From an uncultured Acidobacteriota bacterium (lineage in GTDB: Bacteria > Acidobacteriota > UBA6911): a stretch of DNA of 64,000 nt. Under the pieces are notes generated by a model, which saw nothing but the letters and a program-made list of their open reading frames with translations, searched no databases and was not told where the DNA came from. This document shows, piece after piece, positions 41,950-50,973 of the stretch. How positions within the stretch are numbered: the first letter of the stretch is position 1; each line of letters starts with the position of its first letter. The DNA lies in contig CAWJKZ010000014.1 of assembly GCA_963843575.1 (NCBI GenBank), positions 416,001-480,000 of the forward strand, in the 5' to 3' direction. The position numbers were made by a program, and so were the translations under genes.

Positions 41950-43018
41950 GGGGAGCATCAGGCGGAGGGGCAAGCCGGTGCGAGAGGTCGACGAGCACGT
42001 CCAGCCTTCGGAGGGCCTCGCCCGAGCGGATCGATGCGCGCGCCGGCTCGATGGCCGCCCTGAGACTGTCGGCCCGGCCGCCCGCAACCAGCCCTGCCGC
42101 GGCGTTGAGCAGCACGATGTCCGCATGCGCACCTTCCGCGCCCGAGAGGATCTCCCGGATCATCTGGGCGTTGCGCCTCACGTCCCCTCCCTGAATCTTC
42201 GCAATGGGCGCCCGCTCGATGCCGAAATCCTCCGGGGTGACGTAGTAGGTGCGCACCGCGCCGTCCCGCACTTCGGAGATCTTGCTTTCGCCGGTGATGG
42301 AGATCTCGTCCAGCCCGTCGGAGCCATGCACCACGAACGCCCGCCGCGTTCCGAGGTCGCACAGCACCTGGGCCATGGGCTCGGTCAACTTCTCGGAGTA
42401 AACGCCCAGTACCTGGGCATTCGCGTCGGCCGGGTTGCAGATCGGTCCCAGGAGGTTGAAGACGGTCCGGATCTTCATTTCACGCCGCGCCAGCATGACG
42501 TAACGCATCGCGTCGTGCAGGAGCGGGGCATAAAGAAACCCGATTCCCGCCTCGTCGATGCAGCGCGCCACCGCCTCCGGGCCAAGGTCGATCCGGATGC
42601 CGAGCGCCTCGACCACGTCCGCGCTCCCGCACAGGCTCGAGACGCTGCGGTTGCCGTGCTTCGCCACCCGAACGCCGGCGCCGGCCAGCACGAAGGCGGT
42701 CGCTGTGGAGATATTGAAGGTGCCGGTTGCGTCGCCTCCAGTTCCGCACGTGTCGACCAGCATCTCCCGATCCGTGCCCGACAGGGCCGTGCCGACCCCG
42801 GAGCGGGTCCGAACCGGAATGGCTTTGGCCCTCATGACCCGGGCGAAACCGATCAATTCCTCGACGGTTTCCGACTTCATCCGCAGCGCCGTGAGGAACG
42901 CCGCGATCTGAGCGTCGGTCGCCTTGCCGCTCATGATGCCGTTCATGACCGACTCGGCCTCCGCCCGGCTCAGGTGTTCCCCTTCCACGACCCTTCGGAT
43001 GGCTTCAACGATGTCCAA
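41906..43018 (-). CDS. trpD: anthranilate phosphoribosyltransferase
   Basis: VDTCGTGGD, FNIST, AKHGNRSVSS, RTVFNLLGP, DGLDE; TTG start. Confidence 0.96.
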   Translation of the reverse strand: MDIVEAIRRVVEGEHLSRAEAESVMNGIMSGKATDAQIAAFLTALRMKSETVEELIGFARVMRAKAIPVRTRSGVGTALSGTDREMLVDTCGTGGDATGTFNISTATAFVLAGAGVRVAKHGNRSVSSLCGSADVVEALGIRIDLGPEAVARCIDEAGIGFLYAPLLHDAMRYVMLARREMKIRTVFNLLGPICNPADANAQVLGVYSEKLTEPMAQVLCDLGTRRAFVVHGSDGLDEISITGESKISEVRDGAVRTYYVTPEDFGIERAPIAKIQGGDVRRNAQMIREILSGAEGAHADIVLLNAAAGLVAGGRADSLRAAIEPARASIRSGEALRRLDVLVDLSHRLAPPPDAPLNSAAPESGPPDSR

Positions 43019-43305
43019 AGATCTCCGCCCTTTCTTTCACCGTGCAGGGCGTGGCCTGCCGATATGGAGATGTGAGTTCTGAAAGTAAGGTATCGCCCTG
43101 CCGAAATCAAGACCCGAGGCAGACACTGCGCCCGGAGGCGACCTCTCTCTTTGCATTAATGCCGGCGCCCGGCGCGCCCGATAAGGGAAGAGACTCCTTG
43201 GGCAGAGGCGCGCCTCGTATGGCGATATCCGGGTACTCGGCTACCCTTTGCAGCGGCGCACGCATGAGCGGGGTTAGCCCTCCGCGCCGCAGGAAGGTTG
43301 CTGTG

Positions 43306-43800
43306 ATGGGTTCCGCAACGCAGAAAGCGGCTTCACAACGCGAGTCGTCGGCCGCGGGGTTCACCCTCGTCGAAATGTTGATCGCCATGACCATCATGAC
43401 TTTCGGCCTCCTGGCCGCAGGGAGGCTCATGTACGTGGCCATGGGCTCGGCGTCGCTGGCCCGCTCGAAAGGCAGTGCCGCCATCGTTGCGCAGGACAAG
43501 CTGGAGTTCCTGGCCGACCGATACCGGCAGACTTCCGCCGCAGCGGAGCTCACCGACGGCAGCCATGGCCCGGAACAGGTGCAGGTGCTCAACACGGACA
43601 ATGGCCGCGTGCTGAACCGATTCAACGTCGCGTGGACCGTAGCCACCGTTTCCGACCCCCGCCCGGGGGTGACTTTGAAGGCCAAACAGGTCCGGGTGAC
43701 CGTGACCCCGATTCTCGCCACTTCCACGACGGTCAACACGAAGACCTCGCTCAACAAGGTCGTAAGTGTCACCGCCATTTTCAGTGCGAGGGTGAGCTGA
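43306..43800 (+). CDS. PilV-like minor pilin
   Basis: G|FTLVEMLIAM, FGLLA, AQDKLE. Confidence 0.85.
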   Translation: MGSATQKAASQRESSAAGFTLVEMLIAMTIMTFGLLAAGRLMYVAMGSASLARSKGSAAIVAQDKLEFLADRYRQTSAAAELTDGSHGPEQVQVLNTDNGRVLNRFNVAWTVATVSDPRPGVTLKAKQVRVTVTPILATSTTVNTKTSLNKVVSVTAIFSARVS

Positions 43801-44432
43801 TGAAAAACGACGATTCGAACGGGGGGAGGGGGGTAGTCGGAGCCGCGGAGGGATTCAGTCTGGCCGAGTTCATGCTGGCCACCGGGATCCTCCTCGTCAT
43901 AACGGCGAGCATATTCGGCATGCTGGGTGACACCCAGCGGGCGGCCAGCTATCAGACGGAAGTCCAGGCCGTGCTCGACAACACGCGCATCGCGATGGAC
44001 ACGGTGGAGCGCGTCCTGCGCCAGGCGGGGAACGACCCGCATGCCACCGGGTTCGACGGACTCACAATTGTGAGCGCCACCGAGGCTCGGGTGCGTGCCG
44101 ACCTGACGGGGTCCGCCGGACCGGCCTACCCCGACAAGGGCGATCCCGACGGCGACACCTCCGATTCCGGCGAGGACCTCACGATACGCTACAACGCCGG
44201 TACGCGCAGCGTCGAGGTCTCCCCGACCGGCGGAAGCGCGCAGCCCGTCGCAAACTACATCTCGGCGTTCTCGATGCAGTACTTCGACACCGCCGGAGGT
44301 GCGGCGGCCGCAGGCGCTGACGTGCGCAAAGTCAGCATCACGATTACGGGCAACAGTACCATCCTGGATCCCAAGACCCGTCAACCTTTCAGCCTGCAGC
44401 TCAAAACCGATGTCCAACTTGCAACCCGATAG
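43800..44432 (+). CDS. PilW-like minor pilin
   Basis: G|FSLAEFMLA, RIAMD...LRQAG, QPVANYI...QYFD, VRKVSITI; coupled to the upstream gene. Confidence 0.85.
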   Translation: MKNDDSNGGRGVVGAAEGFSLAEFMLATGILLVITASIFGMLGDTQRAASYQTEVQAVLDNTRIAMDTVERVLRQAGNDPHATGFDGLTIVSATEARVRADLTGSAGPAYPDKGDPDGDTSDSGEDLTIRYNAGTRSVEVSPTGGSAQPVANYISAFSMQYFDTAGGAAAAGADVRKVSITITGNSTILDPKTRQPFSLQLKTDVQLATR

Positions 44433-44502
44433 TAGGCAAGCGCTTACACCTATTTTCGGCCGGCCGTTCAGCCGGCCGTACCCCATGCCTCGAGGTAACC
44501 CC

Positions 44503-45084
44503 ATGAAACTTGCCCTCGCGGTCCTGTCCGCCATGATTTTGATGGGTTCCGCCGCAATCACCTTTCCCCAGTCCCTGGGCGATCTGGCCAAAAAAGAGAA
44601 GGAGCGGCGCGACAACGTCGGCGCCGACGGCAAGGTGATCACCAACAACGACACGTCGAGGTACTCCAACGGCGCCGTGACGACCGGAACACCACCCACC
44701 CCAACGCCCCCCGACAAAAAGACCGGCGACAAGGCTGCCGTCGCCGAATCCGGGAACAAGGAGCAAAACGACGAGCCGGTCGATTTCGAAGGGAGGCCCG
44801 AGAGCTATTGGCGCCAGACCTTCGCCGACGCCAGGAAACGCGTCGCGGACCTGGAAAACCAGGCAAATGTGCTCGTGCTGAAAATCGTCGACCTGCAGAC
44901 GCAGTTCTATCGCGAAGCGGACGGATTCCGACAGCAGACGATCCAGCGGGACATCCAGAAGTCCTTCTACGAGCAGGACGCCAACAAGGAGGAACTCGCG
45001 AAGGCGAAGGCGCTACTCCAGGACCTCGAGAAGGAGGCCCGGAAAAGCGGGGCGTTGCCCGGCTGGCTCGCCCCAGGTAAGTAG
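44503..45084 (+). CDS. secreted coiled-coil hypothetical protein
   Basis: Signal peptide, QSLGDLAKKE, VITNND, ESYWR, EARKSGALPGWL. Confidence 0.75.
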   Translation: MKLALAVLSAMILMGSAAITFPQSLGDLAKKEKERRDNVGADGKVITNNDTSRYSNGAVTTGTPPTPTPPDKKTGDKAAVAESGNKEQNDEPVDFEGRPESYWRQTFADARKRVADLENQANVLVLKIVDLQTQFYREADGFRQQTIQRDIQKSFYEQDANKEELAKAKALLQDLEKEARKSGALPGWLAPGK

Positions 45085-45087
45085 AGG

Positions 45088-45819
45088 TCAGCTACCCTCC
45101 GCGGCACAGCGGTCCGCAAGCAGCAGAAACGCGATGCCGCCCGACAGGCTGCGGTGTTCGATTCGCGAGAATCCGATGCGCGCGGTCCGGGCCGAGAGTT
45201 CCGGCGGCGACGGGAACTTTCCGACGCTCTCGGGCAGATAGCGGTAGGGAGCCTCGACCCCGGACACGGCTTTCCCCAGCCACGGCAGCACCCGGGTGAA
45301 ATATGCCCGGTACACGGTTCCTACGACCGGGAGCCGCGGCATCGAAAACTCCAGAACCGCAAGCGTCCCCCCGTCCCTGAGCACCCGCCTCATTTCAGCC
45401 AATCCGGCATCGATGCCCGCCAGGTTGCGCACCACGAAGGCCGAAGCCACAACGTCGAACGAGGCGTCCGCGAACGGCAGCGCCAGGGCATCACCTTCAA
45501 GGAGGTCAACACGGTGGGGCAGGCTCAGGTGGCGCGTCTTCTGGAATCCGATGTTCAACATGGGACGGCAGAAGTCGCAGCCGAAGACCTCGCCCAATCC
45601 GGAGAATTCGATCGACAGGTCCGCGGTGCCGCAGCCGACGTCCAGAATCCGCAGCGGTCGCTCCGGCATCCGGGTCGCGACGCCCCGCACGCACGCCTTG
45701 CGCCAGCGGCGGTCCACGTTCAGGGACAGGAAGTGGTTCAGGAAATCGTAGCGTCGGGCGATGGCGGCGAACATGTCGCGCACCGCGCGAGCTTTTTCCG
45801 CCCCTGCGTTATGCGCCAT
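45088..45819 (-). CDS. menG: UbiE/MenG quinone C-methyltransferase
   Basis: VRDMFAAIARRYDFLNHFLS, LDVGCGTAD, GDALALPF, YRYLPES. Confidence 0.92.
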   Translation of the reverse strand: MAHNAGAEKARAVRDMFAAIARRYDFLNHFLSLNVDRRWRKACVRGVATRMPERPLRILDVGCGTADLSIEFSGLGEVFGCDFCRPMLNIGFQKTRHLSLPHRVDLLEGDALALPFADASFDVVASAFVVRNLAGIDAGLAEMRRVLRDGGTLAVLEFSMPRLPVVGTVYRAYFTRVLPWLGKAVSGVEAPYRYLPESVGKFPSPPELSARTARIGFSRIEHRSLSGGIAFLLLADRCAAEGS

Positions 45820-46936
45820 GGCCTGCGGGTTCCCGCCCGCCCCGGCCCGCCTGCGCCAGGAAGGCCGAAAGGAAGCGCCTGAGATGACCGGGGTCGATGT
45901 CGGAGCGCACCTCTGTCAGGCCCAGGCGGGGCAGCAGGACCATTCGGATTGCGCCGGATCGGAATTTCTTGTCTCGTCTCAGGGCGGCCCAGGCTTCCGA
46001 CGGCCGGATCCGCCCAAGCGACGGCAGGGGCTCCACCCGATGGATCAGCGAGACGAGGCGGCCGGCTTCCTCCTCGTTCATGAGTCCGAGATCCCGGCCG
46101 AACTGTGCCGCCGCCACCATCCCCCAGGCGACCGCCTCGCCGTGCTTGAACCACCTGTAGGAGGTGGCCGCCTCGAGGGCGTGCCCGACGGTGTGCCCGT
46201 AGTTGAGGATCATGCGCAGCCCTTCTTCCTTTTCGTCCCCCGACACGACCTCCGCCTTGATCCGTGACGATTCGAGAACGATGTGCTCGAGCGCCCCGGC
46301 GCGGCACCCCTTTATGGCGGGCAACTCCCTTTCGACGTAATGCAGCAGCGGCACTGAGCGGATAGCGGCCGACTTGATGACCTCGAAGAGGCCGGCCGCG
46401 AGTTCACGCGCCGGCAGGGTCCGGAGCAGGCGCGTATCCGACAGGACCGCACTCGGCTGGTGGAAGGCCCCGACAAGGTTCTTCCCCTGGGGCACGTTGA
46501 TCCCCACCTTGCCCCCGATGGCGCTGTCCACCTGGCCCAGCAGGGTCGTGGGCACACTCGCGTACCGGATGCCCCGCATAAAGGTGGCCGCGGCAAATCC
46601 CGAGATGTCCCCCACGACCCCGCCGCCGAACGCCAATATCCAAGAGCGACGGTCCGCCCTCGCCCGGAAGAGGGCGTCATATATCTTCAGCAGCGTCTCG
46701 TGGTTCTTGAAGCGCTCTCCGTCCCCGATGCGTATCACCCGGGCCGGACCCCACGCGCTCTCGATCGAGCGCATGAGGGCGGCGCCGTGCAGACGGAAGA
46801 CGACAGGGTTCGTGACCACGATGGGCGCGCTCCGGAAACCCTGCCGGCGCAGGATCTGCCCGGCGCGGGTCAGCACGCCGGCGCCGACGACAATGGGATA
46901 ACGGCGGTCGGCAAGTTCAACCATCAGGGTTTTCAT
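45809..46936 (-). CDS. aroB: 3-dehydroquinate synthase
   Basis: GGGVVGD, PTTLLGQVDSAIGGKVG, KNLVGAFHQP, LNYGHTVGHALE, HGEAV. Confidence 0.96.
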   Translation of the reverse strand: MKTLMVELADRRYPIVVGAGVLTRAGQILRRQGFRSAPIVVTNPVVFRLHGAALMRSIESAWGPARVIRIGDGERFKNHETLLKIYDALFRARADRRSWILAFGGGVVGDISGFAAATFMRGIRYASVPTTLLGQVDSAIGGKVGINVPQGKNLVGAFHQPSAVLSDTRLLRTLPARELAAGLFEVIKSAAIRSVPLLHYVERELPAIKGCRAGALEHIVLESSRIKAEVVSGDEKEEGLRMILNYGHTVGHALEAATSYRWFKHGEAVAWGMVAAAQFGRDLGLMNEEEAGRLVSLIHRVEPLPSLGRIRPSEAWAALRRDKKFRSGAIRMVLLPRLGLTEVRSDIDPGHLRRFLSAFLAQAGRGGREPAGHGA

Positions 46937-48423
46937 GTGCGCAGTCCCAGCAGTAAACGGTCCGTGAGGATCTGAGGGTCCAGGCCACCGAGCCCGAGCT
47001 CGCGGCTCAACTCTTCGGCGCCATACAGCTGCCCGGTTTCCCAGATCTCCTTCAAGAGCCTTCCCGCCGCCCGGTTGCGGTGCCAGCTTGCACCGTACTT
47101 CGTCCTGAGGTATTCCTGCAGCATGGCCTCCAGCACCCAGCCGCGCAGATAGCCGGCGCAGCGCACGGCATCCGTGTCCGCCGCCCAGAACTCGGGAGCA
47201 TGGCGGAGCCCGGTGTGCTTTTTCATGACGTCGGCATAGCGCTCGGGCGCATCGGCCGCGCCGGACGGTTCGTTGACGTCGATCTGGAATCTCAACATGC
47301 CGACCTGGCGCCGGACGGCATAGCACTCGTTCAAGCCTTGGAAGCGCCCGAACGCCCCCTGCCGCGCATAACCGAAGTTCTCCATCAGCCAGTTCTCACT
47401 GCGAGCCAACCGCTCGAAGAGGAATCCGAAGGCCTCCGCGAGCGCCGCATCCCCGAGCAGCCTGTACTCGGACGCGAGCCCCTCCCCGGTCCAGGCAAAG
47501 TGGTGCGCGTGGCCCATCTCGTGCAAAAGCAACGGATAGTCCCGAAAGCCGCCTCCGAGGGTGGCGACCACGTGAATCCGCCGGGGAACCCGCACCGGGA
47601 TGCACCAGGCGCCGGGAGGCTTACCGGGGCGGCTGTCGAGATCGCAGGCGATCGCGCCCGGGATCTCCGGCTGGAGCTCCAGCCCGGCAAAAGTCTGGTC
47701 GAGTGCCGGTGCGAGCAGCTCCTTGCGGAAGTACCCCGCGGGCTCGTTTCTCTTTTCCCAGCACCCTGCATCCCATTCCCCCGCATCCCCGGCGCCAACC
47801 CCGAGCGTGGCGCAGAACGATTGGGCCAGCGCGTCGCAGTATTCCGCTTCCGTCCCCGCGATCACAAGCTCCAGCGCGGCGGAGAGGCTCTTCAGATCGA
47901 GCCCGCTGCTTGCCTCCAGGGCTTCCAGATACCCTGCGTAACCGATCCGGGCCGACGCCGCGCGCATCTGCTCCAGCCGCGCGAGACGCAGCGGCTCGAG
48001 TTCCCGGGTCCGGGCGGCGGCAATCCGCTGCAGGGCCTTCCGGCGGGAGGTTTCGGGCTCGTTGACCAGGAGCCACGGCAGCTGGGGAAAGCCCACGGGG
48101 CTCCCATCCCACAGGAAGGAGCCGGCGAACTCGCGGCGGGCGATTTCCTGATCGAGTCCGGCGGTTTCGTGCGCCAGGTGTCCTGCTATGGCGAAGGACC
48201 GCAGCCGGGCAAGCGACTTGCGGCGCGACGGGAAGGATGCGGGCGTCTTATCGAGCTGATCCCCGAGCTCGCGGACGGCGTCGGCGCTGTACAGGTCGGC
48301 GTGATCGGCATAGACAACCGCCAGGTCGGGGAATTCCCTTCGGCCCGAGCGATAGGCAAGCGACTCGCTCAGCAGCGCCTCGTGAAACCGGTCGAGTTGT
48401 GCGCGATACTCCTCGATCTGCAT
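46933..48423 (-). CDS. M3/M2 zincin-like metallopeptidase of unknown function
   Basis: DLDSRPGK, LLHEMGHAHH, downstream AEAFGFLFE third-ligand helix, GYLRGW. Confidence 0.75.
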   Translation of the reverse strand: MQIEEYRAQLDRFHEALLSESLAYRSGRREFPDLAVVYADHADLYSADAVRELGDQLDKTPASFPSRRKSLARLRSFAIAGHLAHETAGLDQEIARREFAGSFLWDGSPVGFPQLPWLLVNEPETSRRKALQRIAAARTRELEPLRLARLEQMRAASARIGYAGYLEALEASSGLDLKSLSAALELVIAGTEAEYCDALAQSFCATLGVGAGDAGEWDAGCWEKRNEPAGYFRKELLAPALDQTFAGLELQPEIPGAIACDLDSRPGKPPGAWCIPVRVPRRIHVVATLGGGFRDYPLLLHEMGHAHHFAWTGEGLASEYRLLGDAALAEAFGFLFERLARSENWLMENFGYARQGAFGRFQGLNECYAVRRQVGMLRFQIDVNEPSGAADAPERYADVMKKHTGLRHAPEFWAADTDAVRCAGYLRGWVLEAMLQEYLRTKYGASWHRNRAAGRLLKEIWETGQLYGAEELSRELGLGGLDPQILTDRLLLGLRT

Positions 48424-48432
48424 GGTCTCCCG

Positions 48433-49221
48433 TTACCGGGGGACACCCTGGAGAGGACTGCTCGCGGCGGCGTGGAGCTTCCTCGGGATGCGTCCCGCCT
48501 TGAAAGCCAGCCGACCCGCCTCGACGGCCAGCTTCATGGCTTCAGCCATCGCCACGGCATCCTCCGCGCCGGCAATGCCTGTATTCATCAGCACGGCATC
48601 ACAGCCAAGCTCCATCGCGACGGTGGCATCGGAGGCAGTTCCCACCCCGGCGTCGACGATCACCGGGATCTTGACGGTCTCCATGATGATCCTGATGTTG
48701 GCCGGGTTCTGCAGCCCCATGCCCGATCCGATGGGAGCGCCCAGGGGCATGACCGCGGCCGCGCCCGCATCCGCGAGCCGGCGCGCCATGACGGGGTCGT
48801 CGTTCGTGTACGGCAGCACGACGAAACCGTCTTTAACCAGTTCGCGAGTCGCCTCGAGCAGCCCGAGGGTATCCGGGAACAAGGTCCGCTCGTCACCGAT
48901 CACCTCGAGCTTGACCCAGTTGGACAACCCGGCCTCCCGGCCGAGTCGCGCCACCCGGACCGCGTCTTCCACCGTGTAGCACCCGGCCGTGTTCGGGAGG
49001 AGCGTGAAGCGGCGCGTGTCTATGTAGTCCAGGAGCGACTCCCTGGAACGGTCACCCAGGTTGATGCGGCGGACCGCAACGGTAACCATTTCTGCTCCCG
49101 ATGCTTCCAGCGCCTCTTTCATTATCGGAAATGTGGTGTACTTTCCCGTCCCGACGATGAGGCGCGATCCGAACGAGCGCCCTCCCAGTTGTAGAGGGTC
49201 GTCTGCCAGCTTGTATGCCAC
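48433..49221 (-). CDS. thiG: thiazole synthase
   Basis: [38 protein letters not shown]. Confidence 0.97.
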   Translation of the reverse strand: MAYKLADDPLQLGGRSFGSRLIVGTGKYTTFPIMKEALEASGAEMVTVAVRRINLGDRSRESLLDYIDTRRFTLLPNTAGCYTVEDAVRVARLGREAGLSNWVKLEVIGDERTLFPDTLGLLEATRELVKDGFVVLPYTNDDPVMARRLADAGAAAVMPLGAPIGSGMGLQNPANIRIIMETVKIPVIVDAGVGTASDATVAMELGCDAVLMNTGIAGAEDAVAMAEAMKLAVEAGRLAFKAGRIPRKLHAAASSPLQGVPR

Positions 49222-49252
49222 TCTGCGCTCCTGTTACTCTGGCCAAGGATTC

Positions 49253-49465
49253 CTAGCCGCCACCCACGAACTGTACGATTTCGATCTTGTCCCGGTCTTT
49301 GATCGTCGTCGTGCCCCAGTCTCCCCGTCGCACGATGCGCCGGTTCAACTCTACCGCAACCCTGTCCTCCTTGATACCCAAGACGGACAGCAGTTCGCGC
49401 ACGTTGGCGAGCGGAGGGACGGAGTGCGGCTCTCCGTTTATGTCCAGCGTCCATGTAGTCGACAC
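49253..49465 (-). CDS. thiS: sulfur carrier protein ThiS
   Basis: INGE, VAVELN, DKIEIVQFVGGG C-terminus. Confidence 0.95.
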   Translation of the reverse strand: MSTTWTLDINGEPHSVPPLANVRELLSVLGIKEDRVAVELNRRIVRRGDWGTTTIKDRDKIEIVQFVGGG

Positions 49466-49562
49466 AAAAGCTATGATACTCAGTCACTTGGACGCAAATC
49501 AAGTGGTCTGTGGAGCTCGCCCCCCGCGCACGCCGCACCAGCCCGGGCGCGCCAGAAAAGCC

Positions 49563-49591
49563 TTGACACGTCTGGAGGGTGCCAATAATAT
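49563..49591 (+). promoter_or_regulatory. sigma70 promoter of the nuoE-J-K-L-M-N unit
   Basis: TTGACA-N17-TAATAT. Confidence 0.65.
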
Positions 49592-49696
49592 CGAAGCTTA
49601 TCTAGAGCGCCCGTAGTTGTTTTAAATAATTGATTTATCGGTTCTTGTGGAGCACGCGCGCAGTTGCCCGCGGCGAGGCGCGCGGCGTGTGCCGGC

Positions 49697-50161
49697 ATGC
49701 TATCGGAAGCCACCAGACAGAAAATCGGCGAGTTGATGACCCGCTATCCGCAGGATAGGTCGGCGCTCATCCCCTCGCTGCGGCTGGCCCAGTCCGAAGC
49801 GGGGTACCTGACCCTCGAGGTCATCTCCGAAATCGCGGGCATATTCCGGCTGACGCCGAACGAGGTGTACGAGGTCGCCAGCTTCTACACGATGCTCTAC
49901 AAGCAACCGGTCGGCAGATACGTGCTCCAGGTGTGCACCAACATTTCGTGTCTGCTGTGCAACTCGGAGACGCTCATGGCGCACCTTCAGAAAAAGCTCG
50001 GGATTAAAGCTGGCGAGACCACACCGGACCGGAAGTTCACCCTGCTCGAGGTTGAGTGCCTCGGATCGTGCGGCACGGCTCCCGTTGTCCAGATCAACGA
50101 CGACTATCACGAGGACCTCACACCGGGAAAGCTGGACGAAATCCTGGACAAGCTGGCCTGA
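49697..50161 (+). CDS. nuoE: NADH-quinone oxidoreductase subunit E
   Basis: RSALIP.L..AQ, VASFYTM, VCTNISC and ECLGSC 2Fe-2S ligands. Confidence 0.93.
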   Translation: MLSEATRQKIGELMTRYPQDRSALIPSLRLAQSEAGYLTLEVISEIAGIFRLTPNEVYEVASFYTMLYKQPVGRYVLQVCTNISCLLCNSETLMAHLQKKLGIKAGETTPDRKFTLLEVECLGSCGTAPVVQINDDYHEDLTPGKLDEILDKLA

Positions 50162-50659
50162 ATGGAAACGATCCTGTTTTTTGTGTTCGGCGGCGTCGCG
50201 CTGATAGCAGCGCTTTGCGTCGTCTTGCTGAAGAGGGTGTTTTACTCGGCCCTCTCGCTGATTGTCTGTCTGAGCGCCGTTTCGGCACTGTACATGCTGC
50301 TGCAGGCCCCGTTCATCGCAGCCGTCCAGATAATCGTGTACGCCGGGGCCATCATGGTCCTCTTCCTGTTCGTGATCATGTTGCTCGATCCTTTTTCAGC
50401 CACCGCCCTCAAGGACAAGAAGCGCCACCTCACGACGGTCGGAGTGCTCCTCGGAGCCGCGGCGCTCACTCTGGTCTGCCCTCTTCTGTCGAGCTACAGG
50501 CCGGGCGGCGGCAGTCCCCCCGGATCCGAAGCGGTCGGAACCGTCGCCACCATCGGCTCGACCCTGTTCAGCCGTTACATGCTCCCGTTCGAAGTGACCT
50601 CGATCCTGATCCTGGTGGCTATCATCGGAACGGTAGTCCTGGCGAGGAGGCAGTCGTAG
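50162..50659 (+). CDS. nuoJ: NADH-quinone oxidoreductase subunit J
   Basis: [35 protein letters not shown]. Confidence 0.95.
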   Translation: METILFFVFGGVALIAALCVVLLKRVFYSALSLIVCLSAVSALYMLLQAPFIAAVQIIVYAGAIMVLFLFVIMLLDPFSATALKDKKRHLTTVGVLLGAAALTLVCPLLSSYRPGGGSPPGSEAVGTVATIGSTLFSRYMLPFEVTSILILVAIIGTVVLARRQS

Positions 50660-50664
50660 CCGCG

Positions 50665-50964
50665 ATGGAGATCTCCTACTATCTTGTCTTGAGTGCCCTA
50701 CTGTTTACCGTGGGAACCGTCGGGTTCATCGTCAAGAAGAACATTATTTCGATGTTCCTCTGCATCGAGTTGATGCTCAACGCGGTGAATCTCACGTTCG
50801 TGGCCTTCTCTCGCTACCTCAACCAGGTACACGGGCAGATCTTCGTGTTTTTCGTCATGGTGGTAGCCGCCGCGGAAGCCGCCGTCGGGCTGGCAATCAC
50901 GCTCAGCATCTACCGGAACCGGAACACGCTTAGTGTCGACGACGCAGATCTCATGAAGTGGTAG
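50665..50964 (+). CDS. nuoK: NADH-quinone oxidoreductase subunit K
   Basis: [22 protein letters not shown]. Confidence 0.95.
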   Translation: MEISYYLVLSALLFTVGTVGFIVKKNIISMFLCIELMLNAVNLTFVAFSRYLNQVHGQIFVFFVMVVAAAEAAVGLAITLSIYRNRNTLSVDDADLMKW

Positions 50965-50973
50965 AAAGACGGC

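Noticed and set aside
46933-49465. M3-like peptidase as a ThiS-maturing protease
   Set aside because: ThiS already ends in GGG, so no C-terminal processing is needed.
49466-49660. TPP riboswitch upstream of thiS
   Set aside because: No GCTGAGA or CCTGA...AATxCxxGCGxAGG elements; a promoter-like hexamer sits directly before the start.
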